This document shows positions 27,839-37,871 of a stretch of DNA of 64,000 bases, piece by piece. The notes beneath the pieces are model-generated. The model had not been told where the DNA came from, searched no databases, and worked only from the letters and a program-made list of their open reading frames with translations. This DNA is from an uncultured Actinomycetes bacterium (GTDB taxonomy: Bacteria > Actinomycetota > Thermoleophilia > Gaiellales > JAICJC01). The stretch is taken from NCBI GenBank assembly GCA_963701125.1, contig OY969568.1, forward strand, positions 2,071,510 through 2,135,509, given 5' to 3'. Position 1 is the first letter of the stretch. Each line of letters begins with the position of its first letter. Made by a program: the position numbers and the translations under genes.

Positions 27839-29575
27839 CTAGACGTGAGCCGGCGGTGAGACTGCTCTCACCATGCCGTCGCGCGGAACGCCGGAGCGCG
27901 TCCGTGGCAGCTCGACGACGAAGGTCGCTCCCTCGCCGGGAGGGCTCTGCGCCGAGATCGTGCCTCCGCAGGCGTCAACGATCGCGTGGCAGATCGCGAG
28001 CCCCAGGCCGGCGCCGCCGGTGTCGCGGCTGCGCGCGCTGTCGGCGCGGGTGAACCGATCGAAGAGCGACGGCAGGAGGACCGGATCGATGCCCTCGCCG
28101 GTGTCGGCCACCTCGATGCGAACGCGGTCGCCCCGAACCGCGGTGGTCACGCGGATCGTGTCGCCTGCCACGGTGTGGCGCACGGCGTTCGAGAGCAGGT
28201 TCAGGAAGACCTGCTCGAGCGCGCCCGCGTCGCCGTCGACGGCCGCGCCGGGCGCCGTTTGGAGCTGCCACGTGCGCTCACCGAGGACGCGGCAGCGGTC
28301 GACTGTCGCCGCTGCCAGCGCCGAGACGTCCACGGGCCGGCGATCGCCGCCGCCGCGGTCGCCGGCCCGTGCCAGCCGCAGCAGGCTGTCGACGAGCTGG
28401 CCCATCCGATCGAGCTCCCCGATCGCGATCTCCACGGCCTGGCGCAGCTCGTCCGACCCCCCCTCGCCGGGGAGCGCCACCTCGAGATGGCCGCGGGCGA
28501 TGGTCAGTGGCGTGCGCAGCTCGTGCGACGCGTCGTGCACGAACTGGCGCTGGGCGGCGAACGCGACCTCGAGCCGGTCGAGCATGGCGTCGATCGCGGT
28601 TGCGACCTCGCCGATCTCGTCGCGGGTCGCGACCGGTCCCATCCGCACCGACAGGTCACCGGCGGTCACGCGGGATGCCCGGTGGGCGATGCGCGAGAGC
28701 GGGGAGAGCGCACGCCGTGCCGCCCACCAGGCCGCCGCGGTGGCCGGCACAAGGCCGATCAGGCACACGATCATCATGGCGTCGAGCAGCCGGTTCACGG
28801 CGGCGTCGGCTTCGGCGACGGGCAGCCCGGCCATCACGATGCCCGTGCCGCGGGCGGCGGTCGCGACGATGTAGCCGTCACCGTCGATGGAGACGGTGCG
28901 AACGAGGCCGGGCTGCGGGCGGCCCAGACGGGCGAGCCTCGTCGCCAGCGGCCGGTTCGCGTACGGCACGCCGTGCCGCGGCAGATAGACGAGCAGCTCG
29001 TTCGAGCCGCTGCGTGCGCCGAGGTACGTCCGCAGCGCCTCCAGCTCGCCGGCGTCGTCGCTCTCCTGGCCGGTCGAGCGGCGCAGATACGAGACGTCGG
29101 TGCGGCCCGGCCCGGCCGCCGAGTCGCCGCTCTCGCCGCCGCCGCTGCTGCCACCACCCCATCCGCTGCTGTTCCCGCCGCCGTCATCGCCCGTGCCGTC
29201 GTCGCTGCCGGTCGTCGGGGGCGTCCACGTCGACCCGCCGCCGCCCGCCGACGAGCTGTCCGTCGCACCCGTAACCGGCGGCGGCACGATCGGGCTCGTC
29301 GATCCACCCGCCCGCGAGCGGTGGCGTTTGGCATGTGCGTGGCTCGTGGTCGGCGTGCCCGGCGTCGAGGGCGTCGGCGCCGCGCCCTGCCCCGCCGGCC
29401 GCTCGCCGGCGAGCGCCAGATCGCGTGCCGCGGCCCGTGCGTTTGCGACGAGCGACTGGTGCACCTGATGGGCCTCGATCAGGTAGACGGTCAGGAGCCC
29501 GGCCGCCAGGACGCCTGCGGCGAGCCCCGCGCTCACGAACGCGAGCCGCGTTCGGATGGGGATGCGGCTGATCAC
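27839..29575 (-). CDS. HAMP sensor histidine kinase with low-complexity sensor insert
   Basis: Two TMs, HAMP, DASHELRTPL, NLLSNA, DTGEG, GAGLGL. Confidence 0.92.
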   Translation of the reverse strand: MISRIPIRTRLAFVSAGLAAGVLAAGLLTVYLIEAHQVHQSLVANARAAARDLALAGERPAGQGAAPTPSTPGTPTTSHAHAKRHRSRAGGSTSPIVPPPVTGATDSSSAGGGGSTWTPPTTGSDDGTGDDGGGNSSGWGGGSSGGGESGDSAAGPGRTDVSYLRRSTGQESDDAGELEALRTYLGARSGSNELLVYLPRHGVPYANRPLATRLARLGRPQPGLVRTVSIDGDGYIVATAARGTGIVMAGLPVAEADAAVNRLLDAMMIVCLIGLVPATAAAWWAARRALSPLSRIAHRASRVTAGDLSVRMGPVATRDEIGEVATAIDAMLDRLEVAFAAQRQFVHDASHELRTPLTIARGHLEVALPGEGGSDELRQAVEIAIGELDRMGQLVDSLLRLARAGDRGGGDRRPVDVSALAAATVDRCRVLGERTWQLQTAPGAAVDGDAGALEQVFLNLLSNAVRHTVAGDTIRVTTAVRGDRVRIEVADTGEGIDPVLLPSLFDRFTRADSARSRDTGGAGLGLAICHAIVDACGGTISAQSPPGEGATFVVELPRTRSGVPRDGMVRAVSPPAHV

Positions 29576-30255
29576 GCCGCCCGCTCGCGGATGAGCCGGT
29601 ATCCCATCCCACGGACGGTCTCGATCGGGGAGCGCCCCTCGGTCGCCAGCTTCCGGCGCAGGTACCCGATGTAGACGTCCACCAGGTTCGAGCGCGGATC
29701 GAACGTGTAGCCCCAGACGCCGTCCAGGATCTGCTGGCGCGAGAGCACCTGGCCCGGGTGCCGCATGAGGAAGGCGAGCAGCGCGAACTCCCGGGCCGAG
29801 AGCTGCACGCGGGCACCGTCCACCTCGGCCTCGCGCGCGAGCAGGTCGAGCATGAGCGGCCCGACCTCGATCGTCGCGGCGCTCCGGGGCTGGTCGGCCG
29901 GCCGGCGAGTGTGGGCGCGCAGCCGCGCAGCCAGCTCGGCGAATGCAAACGGCTTGACGAGGTAGTCCGTCGCTCCCAGGTCGAGGCCGCGCACGCGGTC
30001 GGCGATCTCGCCGCGTGCGGTCAGCATGATCACCGGCAGGTACGGATCGATCGCCCGGATTGCGGCAAGGACGTCGAACCCGTCGATGCCGGGCAGCATC
30101 ACATCGAGAACAACGACGTCCGGCTGGCCGTCGCGCAGGCGGTCAAGCCCCTCCTCCCCGCGGGTGGCCGTGTCGACGACGTGCCCCTCGGCCGCGAGCC
30201 CTCGTGCGAGGAAGGCCAGGATCAGCGTCTCGTCCTCGATGACGAGGATCTTCAT
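29572..30255 (-). CDS. OmpR/PhoB-family response regulator
   Basis: LVIEDE, LDVMLP, KPF, NLVDVYIGYLRRK, ETVRGMGY. Confidence 0.93.
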   Translation of the reverse strand: MKILVIEDETLILAFLARGLAAEGHVVDTATRGEEGLDRLRDGQPDVVVLDVMLPGIDGFDVLAAIRAIDPYLPVIMLTARGEIADRVRGLDLGATDYLVKPFAFAELAARLRAHTRRPADQPRSAATIEVGPLMLDLLAREAEVDGARVQLSAREFALLAFLMRHPGQVLSRQQILDGVWGYTFDPRSNLVDVYIGYLRRKLATEGRSPIETVRGMGYRLIRERAA

Positions 30256-30493
30256 CTCTCCCCAGTCTGGTGCCTGGAAATAAGGGCGCTCTCACCCTAG
30301 ATCCGCGTGGCGTGCGGCACATGAGGGCCGAATACGAGAGCCCGCCGCGTAGGAACTACGGATTGTTCCGGCGGAGAACTGCGGGTCTCGATGCAGCCCG
30401 TCCCCGGATGCGACCGGCGCGCCCGCGCGGGCAAGCTGTGTGGGCGAGCCTCGGCGGCTCGTCATCGACCCTCCCAAGGAGACCATCGTACCA

Positions 30494-30910
30494 ATGGCCA
30501 ACGCACCGAATGGAATCAGATCGGCGACCCGTGAGGATCTGCTGACGGCGATGCACAGCGAGGCGTTCGCCCACGCCTCCTACATGCTCTTCGCAGCCCG
30601 AGCGCGGGCGGATGGGCGCACGGAGGTCGCGGAGCTCTTCGAGGCGGTCGCGCAGGCCGACCTGCACCGGCACTTCGCAGCGCTTGCGACCGAGGCCGGG
30701 CTGGCCGGAGGCGACGACGAGAATCTGCGGGCCGCGATCGAGGCGGCGTCCTACGCCGTCGAGGTCATGTACCCGTCCTTCGCCGAGCATGCCGCGGCGG
30801 CGGGCGACACCGGGGCGGCGGACGCCTTCACGGCCGCGCGCGCCGCCGGCATCGGCCACCTCGAGTCGTTCCGCGAGGCCCTGCTCGACGTGACCGCCGA
30901 CGGAGCCTGA
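30494..30910 (+). CDS. Rubrerythrin/ferritin-like protein, degenerate
   Basis: AAGGAG RBS; EAFAHASY..FA..A, ENLRAAI, MYPSFA; no rubredoxin domain. Confidence 0.7.
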   Translation: MANAPNGIRSATREDLLTAMHSEAFAHASYMLFAARARADGRTEVAELFEAVAQADLHRHFAALATEAGLAGGDDENLRAAIEAASYAVEVMYPSFAEHAAAAGDTGAADAFTAARAAGIGHLESFREALLDVTADGA

Positions 30911-30911
30911 G

Positions 30912-31283
30912 TCAGCGCCGCTCGATGAGGACGAACCTCCGCATGACCAGGATCCCCTCCGGGTGCGGGGTGTAGCTGCGGCCGTAGTGCTCGAACAGGC
31001 GCCGCTCCTCGTCGGGGCTCAGATCGTCGTCCGCGGGCACCGACGGCGCGCCCTCGATGGCGGCCTTCGAGACCGCCACCTGCACGCGCTCGTCCGACCG
31101 GGTCGCCCCCTCAGCCGGTACGAGATGCAGGCTGTGGCCGAGGAACCCGCTCGAGACGAGCAGGAATTCGGGCTCCCCCGTGCCCGTCGCGACGTAGACG
31201 TCGACGAGCTTGCCGACGTGCTCCCCGTCCTGCGACACGACCTCGAGCTCGTGCCAGTCCTGTACCTCGAGTGGTGATGGCAT
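30912..31283 (-). CDS. PRC-barrel domain protein
   Basis: DGEHVGKLVDVY..TGEPEFL.V.SGFLG, LSPDEERRLFEHYG. Confidence 0.8.
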   Translation of the reverse strand: MPSPLEVQDWHELEVVSQDGEHVGKLVDVYVATGTGEPEFLLVSSGFLGHSLHLVPAEGATRSDERVQVAVSKAAIEGAPSVPADDDLSPDEERRLFEHYGRSYTPHPEGILVMRRFVLIERR

Positions 31284-31398
31284 CTGTGGTCCCCCGTGAC
31301 GGTGTGCGGAATCGGCGCCGATCCTACCGATAAGGACGGTGCGGGGTAGACTCCGCGCGCAGTCGAAGGGGTTTGCCGGGTGGAACGGCCGCGCCTGG

Positions 31399-33102
31399 AT
31401 GACGGGATCCGACAAGCACACCACGGTAGGAGCAGCAGCCTCCGGCGGCGCCACCGCGTCAGCGCGAGTCGGCGAAGCGCGGCTGCGTGACGTGATCGAG
31501 GCGACGCGCGGGCTGCACCGCTCGCGATCGCTCGAGACCCTCCTGCGCGACGTGGCCGAGACGGCGGCGACCCTTGTGGGCTCGCGCTATGCGGCCCTCG
31601 GCGTGATCGACCCGACCGGGATCTATCTCGAGCAGTTCATCACCGTCGGGATCGACGACGCCACCCGGGCGCGCATCGGCGACCTGCCGCGCGGGCAGGG
31701 CATCCTCGGCGTCCTGATCCACGGAGCGGCCTCGCTGCGCCTGCACGACATGAGCGAGGATCCACGCTCGGTCGGCTTCCCGCCAGGCCATCCACCGATG
31801 AAGAGCTTCCTGGGCGTGCCGATCATGCTGCGCGGCCACGCGTTCGGCAACCTCTACCTGACCGAGAAGGAGCAGGGCGACTTCACCGAGGAGGACCAGG
31901 AGGTCGTCGAGCTGCTGGCCTCCCAGGCGGCGGTCGCGATCGAGAACGCGCGTCTCTACGACGCCTCCCGCAGGTGGGCCAGACAGCTTGACTCGCTGAA
32001 CGAGATCGGCTCGGCGCTTGTCACGGAGCTCGACATCGACCGCCTGCTGGGCGTGGTCGCCGACCGGCTGCGCGAGCTGCTCGGAGCACGGGTCGTCCTC
32101 ATCGACCTGCTCCACTCCGACGGCAGCCTGCGCGTCGAGGGCGCGTCGGGCGAAGGTGCTGCGGAGCTGATCGGCTCGATCAGCCCGGAGGGCTCGAAGA
32201 GCCATCACGTGCTGCGGAGGATGAGCAGCGAGCGGGTCGACTCCGCCCTCGAGGATCCCGAGATCCATCCCGAGGGCGAGGCCGAGCGGCTTGACGTGCA
32301 GGCGGGGCTGTGGGTGCCGCTGGTCGTGCGCGGCGAGCCGATCGGCGTGATCGCGGCGGCCGACAAGCTGGGCCGCGACCCGCGGTTCACCGACGGCGAT
32401 CTGCGCCTGGCGGAGGCATTCGGGTCGCGTGCCGCCGGGGCGGTCGAGCTCACCCGCCGCGTCAGCCGGGAGACGGTCCGGTCGATGCTCCAGGCCCAGG
32501 AGGCCGAGCGCTCGCGGCTCTCGCGCGACCTGCACGATCAGACCGGCCAGTCGCTGACCGCCCTCCTGCTCGGCCTGAACGCCGCCCAGCGCGCCGGAAC
32601 CCTCGAGGAGGCGAGGAGCGCGCTTGCAGAGCTCGACGGGCTGGTGCGCGAGGCGCTCGCCGACGTCCGCAGCATCGCCGTACGGCTGCGTCCGGCGGCG
32701 CTCGACGAGCATGGGCTCGCCGCCGCGCTCGAGCGCATCGCGGCGACGATCCGGGGAGGCGAGGATGTCGAGGTCGTGGTCACGACGACGCTTCGCGACG
32801 ACCGGCGTCTACCCGCCGAGATCGAGACGGCGGTCTACCGGATCGTGCAGGAGGCGGCCACGAACGCCGTCCGCCACGGCGGCGCCCGGCGAGTCGATGT
32901 GACCGTCGTGACTCGACCGGACGCGGTCGTCGCCTCGATCGAGGACAACGGGGCGGGCTTCGACACCGGGGGCGTGGACGAGGGCCGGCTCGGCCTGGTC
33001 GGGATGCGCGAGCGGGCAGGCCTCTTCGACGGACACCTGCGAGTCGAGTCCACGCCCGGCCGGGGCACCACAGTCACGGCCGAGCTGCCCCTCGGCGGGT
33101 AG
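31399..33102 (+). CDS. DosS/DevS-like GAF-GAF-HisKA_3 sensor kinase
   Basis: YAALGV, GILGVL, SVGFPPGHPPMKSFLGVP, RDLHDQTGQ, QEAATN, EDNGAGF. Confidence 0.88.
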   Translation: MTGSDKHTTVGAAASGGATASARVGEARLRDVIEATRGLHRSRSLETLLRDVAETAATLVGSRYAALGVIDPTGIYLEQFITVGIDDATRARIGDLPRGQGILGVLIHGAASLRLHDMSEDPRSVGFPPGHPPMKSFLGVPIMLRGHAFGNLYLTEKEQGDFTEEDQEVVELLASQAAVAIENARLYDASRRWARQLDSLNEIGSALVTELDIDRLLGVVADRLRELLGARVVLIDLLHSDGSLRVEGASGEGAAELIGSISPEGSKSHHVLRRMSSERVDSALEDPEIHPEGEAERLDVQAGLWVPLVVRGEPIGVIAAADKLGRDPRFTDGDLRLAEAFGSRAAGAVELTRRVSRETVRSMLQAQEAERSRLSRDLHDQTGQSLTALLLGLNAAQRAGTLEEARSALAELDGLVREALADVRSIAVRLRPAALDEHGLAAALERIAATIRGGEDVEVVVTTTLRDDRRLPAEIETAVYRIVQEAATNAVRHGGARRVDVTVVTRPDAVVASIEDNGAGFDTGGVDEGRLGLVGMRERAGLFDGHLRVESTPGRGTTVTAELPLGG

Positions 33103-33167
33103 TCCTCCGGTTCCGGTTCCGCACATTCCCCGATGCCCCGGCAGCCGGCCGCGGGCAGGCTGTGTGC

Positions 33168-33551
33168 ATGGCTGTCCCTCCATCCGCCGACCACCACGAG
33201 CCGGTAACGGTCTTCGTCGTCGACGATCACCCCGCCGTTCGCGCGGCGATCTGCCGGCTGCTCGAGTCGCAGCCGGGGGTGCGCGTCGTCGGCACCGCCG
33301 TGTCGGTCGCCGAAGCGACATCGGCGGTGACGGCGCTTCGCCCGGAGGTCACGCTGCTCGACATCTCCATGCCGGGAACGAATGGCCTCGAAGCGGTGCC
33401 GCAGCTGAAGCAGCTGAACCCGGGTGGCCGCGTCGTGATGTACTCGCTGCACGACGAGCCGGCCTATCTGCGGGCGGCCATGCGCGGTGGAGCCGACGGC
33501 TACGTCGTCAAGGACGACCCGAACGCCCTGCTCGACGCGGTGTCGGTCTGA
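33168..33551 (+). CDS. Stand-alone NarL-type receiver-domain protein
   Basis: VVDDHP, LLDISMP, YVVK then stop; no output domain. Confidence 0.8.
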   Translation: MAVPPSADHHEPVTVFVVDDHPAVRAAICRLLESQPGVRVVGTAVSVAEATSAVTALRPEVTLLDISMPGTNGLEAVPQLKQLNPGGRVVMYSLHDEPAYLRAAMRGGADGYVVKDDPNALLDAVSV

Positions 33552-33557
33552 CAGCGC

Positions 33558-33989
33558 TCAGCGCACGATGACGACAGGGCACGTTGCCCGCTGTGCGGAC
33601 TGATGCCCGACCGATCCGAGCAGGAGCTCCTTGAAGCCGCCCAGGCCGCGCGATCCGACGACGAGCATATCGGCGCCCTCGGCCGCCTCGGTCAGCACCA
33701 GTGCGGCCGATCCCTCGCCGACCTGGCGCTCGACCTCGATCCCGGCGAGCAGATCCTTCGCCCCATCGAGCGCGCGGTCGAGGCCGGCCTTCGCCGCCGC
33801 CTCGAGGTCGTCCTCCCAATCGATCCCCACGGGCGGCACGAAGCCGCCGCTGCCATAGGCCGCCGCCGGCATGTGCCAGGCATGCACCGCCCGCAAACGG
33901 GCCCCGCGCAGCCGGGCTTCCGCCGCAGCCCACTCGAGCGCCGCCTGTGCGCCCTTCGAGCCGTCCACGCCTACGACGATCAGTGCCAT
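33558..33989 (-). CDS. Universal stress protein
   Basis: IVVGVDGS, VVGSRGLGGF..LLGSV, CPVVIVR. Confidence 0.92.
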   Translation of the reverse strand: MALIVVGVDGSKGAQAALEWAAAEARLRGARLRAVHAWHMPAAAYGSGGFVPPVGIDWEDDLEAAAKAGLDRALDGAKDLLAGIEVERQVGEGSAALVLTEAAEGADMLVVGSRGLGGFKELLLGSVGHQSAQRATCPVVIVR

Positions 33990-34137
33990 CGCCGGAACCC
34001 TATCGCGCTCCCGCCCTCACCGCCCTGGATGCGTACTTCCCCGATCCCACGAAACGGCCTCTCCCCGATGCGCCCCGCCCGTCGCGTCGCTGCAATTTGA
34101 GGGTAGACATTTTTGTCATGATCGGAAAGGAGTTTTC

Positions 34138-35600
34138 ATGGCAACGCAGGAAGGGGTTCCCAACCGCCCCAAGCTCAAGCGCTCGCTCGGCCTGTCGATG
34201 GCCACGGCGCTCGTGATCGGCAACATGGTCGGCTCGGGGGTCTTCGGACTGCCGTCGTCGCTCGCCTCGACCGGACCGATCTCGCTGCTCGCCTGGGTGT
34301 TCACCGGCGCCGGCGCGATCCTGCTGGCACTGGTGTTCGCGAACCTGGGCCGGGCCTACCCGCAGACGGGCGGGCCGTACGCCTACGCGCGGCGGGCGTT
34401 CGGCGACTTCGCCGGCTTCTGGACGGCGTGGGGCTACTGGATCGCCGCGTGGGCCGGAAACGCCGCCATCGCGGTGATCTTCGTCAGCTACGCGACCGTG
34501 TTCTGGCCCAGGCTGGGCACGAACAACGTGCTCGCCTTCGCGGTCGGCCTGGGAGTGATCTGGCTGCTGACGCTCGTGAACATCGTCGGCGTACGCGAGT
34601 CCGGGCTGATGCAGCTCGTGACGACCGTGCTCAAGTTCGTGCCGCTGATGCTGATCGGCCTGATCGGGCTCTTCTACATGCACGCCGGCAACTTCACGCC
34701 GTTCGATCCGCAATCACATCTCGCCTGATCGGTCACTGGCACGCGATCTCGTTCGCGGCCACGCTGACCCTGTGGGCGTTCATCGGCCTCGAGTCGGCGA
34801 CGATGCCGGCCGAGGAGCTCAAGGATCCCGAGCGGACGCTGCCGCGCGCCACGATGTTCGGCACCGTCGTGCACCACCGTGATGTACGTGCTTGCGACCG
34901 TCGCCGATCATGGGCGTGATCCCGGCAGCGGCGCTCGCGCAACTCGAACGCGCCGTTCGCCGACGCTGCCCGGCAGATCTTCGGCTCCTCGGTGCTCGGG
35001 ATGTCCCCGGCCAAGCTCGTCGCCGCCGTCGCGATGATCTCGACGTTCGGCGCCCTCAACGGCTGGATCCTGATCCAGGGACGCGTCCCGCTTGCGGCAG
35101 CCCAGGACGGGCTCTTCCCGAAGGCCTTCGCTCAGGTGAGCGGCACCCGCAAGACCCCGGTCGTCGGCCTGGTCGCCTCGTCGGTGCTGCTTGAGCTTCC
35201 TGATGGGCATGAACTACCAGTCGTCCCTGACCGACACGTTCACGAAGATCATCATCCTGGCGACGATCACGACGCTGGTGCCCTACGCCTTCGCGGCCGC
35301 GGCCCAGCTGATGCTGATGTTCAGGGAGCCGGAGCGCTTCAGCGGCCGGCGCCTGGCCGTCGATGCGACCGTCGCCATCCTCGCGTTCGCCTACTCGTTC
35401 TGGATGATCTACGGCGCCGGCCAGGAGTACATCGCCCAGGGGTTCCTGCTCCTGCTGGCCGGCATCCCCGTCTACGTCTACCTGAAGTGGCGCCAGGCGG
35501 TCGCAGCGCTGAGTCGCCGGTCGAGGCCACGCCTCCGGCCGCGCGCCCCGCGATCGCCATCCGGCATGGTGCACTGTCGGAAGCAGGGCCGAAGTCGAAC
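34138..35600 (+). CDS. arcD: APC amino-acid permease, ArcD-like antiporter; frameshifted, 3' end approximate
   Basis: AAGGAG + ATG; GNMVGSG, GGPYAY, WAFIGLESA, GALNGW, LVPY pieces in different frames; precedes arcA. Confidence 0.75.
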
Positions 35601-35601
35601 C

Positions 35602-36906
35602 ATGCCGCAGACGCACGCCATCAGCAGCCGTCCGGACGGGGAGCGCCTCAGGCGCTCCCCTCACGGGGCGTGCACTCCGAGGTCGGGACGCTGCGGACGG
35701 GTGCTGCTGCACCGGCCCGGCCTCGAGCTCAAGCGGCTGACCCCGCGAACAAGGACGAGCTGCTCTTCGACGACGTGCTCTGGGTCAAGCGCGCCCGCCA
35801 GGAGCACGACGTCTTCGCCGACGCCCTGGCCGAGCGGGGCGTCGAGGTGCTCTACCTCCAGGCAGCTGCTCGCCGAGACGCTCGAGAGCGAGGCGGCGCA
35901 CGCGTCGCTGCTCGAGCGCACGACTCGCGGCCGCGCCCCTTGGGCCGCGGCTGGCCGGCGAGCGTCGGGAGTGGCTCGCCGGCGATGCCCCCGGCTGAGT
36001 CTGGCCGAGACCGCTGATCGGCGGCATCGCCTACGACGAGCTGCCCTTCCACAGCCACGTCGCTTCCGGCGCGCACTGCGGCGCCGCGGCGACTTCGTGC
36101 TGCGCGCCGCTGCCCAACCACCTGTTCACGCGCGACACGTCGGCCTGGGTCTACGCCGGCGTGTGCGTCAACCACATGGCCAAGCCGGCCCGTGTGCGCG
36201 AGGCGATCAACCTCGACGCTCATCTACCGCGCACCACCCGATCTTCGCCGAGCACGACGTTCCCGGTCTGGAGCGACTGGCTCGCCTGCGCCCGCGATCG
36301 CTCGAGGGCGGCGACGTCCTCGTGATCGGCAACGGGTGCGTGCTCATCGGCATGGGCGAGCGCACGCGGCCGTCGGCGGTCGAGGAGCTCGCCCGAGCGG
36401 CTGTTCGCGGCCGAGGCGGCCCGGCAGGTGATCGCGGTCGATGCTGCCCGAGCGGCGCTCCGCGATGCACCTCGACACGGTCATGACGATGGTCGACCGC
36501 GATGCGTTCACCATCTATCCGGAGGTGCGCGACGAGCCTGACCGCGTACGTGGTCACGCCGGACGGCGACGGGCTGGCCGATCGCATCAGGCGGTCGACG
36601 TGTTCGACGCCATCGCCGCAGCCCTCGACCTCGATCGAGCTGCGGCTGTTCGAGACCGGCGGCGACCGCTACGAGGCCGAGCGCGAGCAGTGGGACGACG
36701 GAAACAACGTGCTCGCCGTCGCACCCGGAGTGGTCGTCGCCTACGAGCGCAACGTCGACGACCAACACCCGTCTGCGGCAGCGCACGGCATCGAGGTGAT
36801 CACGATCGCCGGCTTCGAGCTCGGGCGCGGTCGCGGAGGGCCACGCTGCATGTCCTGCCCGATCGTGCGCGAGCCGATCGACCCCTCAGACGCTCACGAG
36901 GAGTGA
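35602..36906 (+). CDS. arcA: Arginine deiminase; frameshifted
   Basis: [58 protein letters not shown] across frames. Confidence 0.85.
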
Positions 36907-36911
36907 TCGCG

Positions 36912-37871
36912 ATGAATCCTGAACTCTCCACACTCACGGTCCCGGCGGACTTCCTCACCGTCGGGGATCTCGGCGAGGCCCAGTTCGCGGCAGCGCTCGA
37001 CTTAGCCGAGGCGATGAAGCACACGCCCGCCGGCTGGCTCGATGCGTTCCCCTCCGAGACCCTGGCGTGCTTCTTCGAGAAGCCCTCCACCCGTACCCGC
37101 GTCTCGTTCGCGGCGGCAGCCCACCGGCTGGGCATGCTGCCGCTCGTCCTGCGACCGGACGAGCTGCAGCTGGGTCGCGGCGAGACGGTTGCCGACACCG
37201 CGCGGACGCTGGCCGGATTCTGCGCAGCGATCGTGATCCGCACGTTCGCCCAGGCGACGGTCGCGGAGCTCGCCGCCCACTCCAAGGTGCCGGTGATCAA
37301 CGCGCTCACCGACGACCACCACCCCTGCCAGGCGCTGGCCGACTTCCTCACGCTGCGTGAGGTGTTCGGGCGCCTCGAAGGGCTGAAGCTGGCCTACATC
37401 GGGGATAGCGACAACGTCGCCCGCTCCCTGATGGAGGCCGGAGCGCTCTCCGGTGTCGAGGTCGTCGTCGCGTCGCCGCCGGCGTATCAGGCCGAGGCGG
37501 CCGCCCGGCGCGAGCTGCTCGACTTCGTTGCCCGCCACCACGGCCACGTCGGGGTGGTCGTGGATCCGCGCGAGGCGGTCGCGGGCGCCCATGCGATCTA
37601 CACCGACGTCTGGGTGTCGATGGGCGCCGAGGCCGACGCCGAGCGCCGCCGGCGCGAGCTGGCGCCGTATCAGGTGACGACCGAGCTGATGGCCGTCGCA
37701 CGGCCGGATGCGGTGTTCATGCACTGCCTTCCCGCCCACCGTGGCGAGGAGATGACCGCCGACGTCATCGACGGGCCTGCGTCGGTCGTCTGGCAGCAGG
37801 CCGCCAACCGGCTGCCGACCGAGCAGGCGATCGTGTACGCGCTCATCTCGGGTGGCTGGAGCCGGCCGTGA
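36912..37871 (+). CDS. arcB: Ornithine carbamoyltransferase (catabolic context)
   Basis: FEKPSTRTR, HPCQALAD, DVWVSMG, HCLPAHRG; intact. Confidence 0.92.
   Translation: MNPELSTLTVPADFLTVGDLGEAQFAAALDLAEAMKHTPAGWLDAFPSETLACFFEKPSTRTRVSFAAAAHRLGMLPLVLRPDELQLGRGETVADTARTLAGFCAAIVIRTFAQATVAELAAHSKVPVINALTDDHHPCQALADFLTLREVFGRLEGLKLAYIGDSDNVARSLMEAGALSGVEVVVASPPAYQAEAAARRELLDFVARHHGHVGVVVDPREAVAGAHAIYTDVWVSMGAEADAERRRRELAPYQVTTELMAVARPDAVFMHCLPAHRGEEMTADVIDGPASVVWQQAANRLPTEQAIVYALISGGWSRP

Noticed and set aside
35191-37871. Apparent arcD-arcA and arcA-arcB fusions or programmed frameshifting
   Set aside because: Too many irregular indels without slippery sites; arcB has its own RBS and ATG
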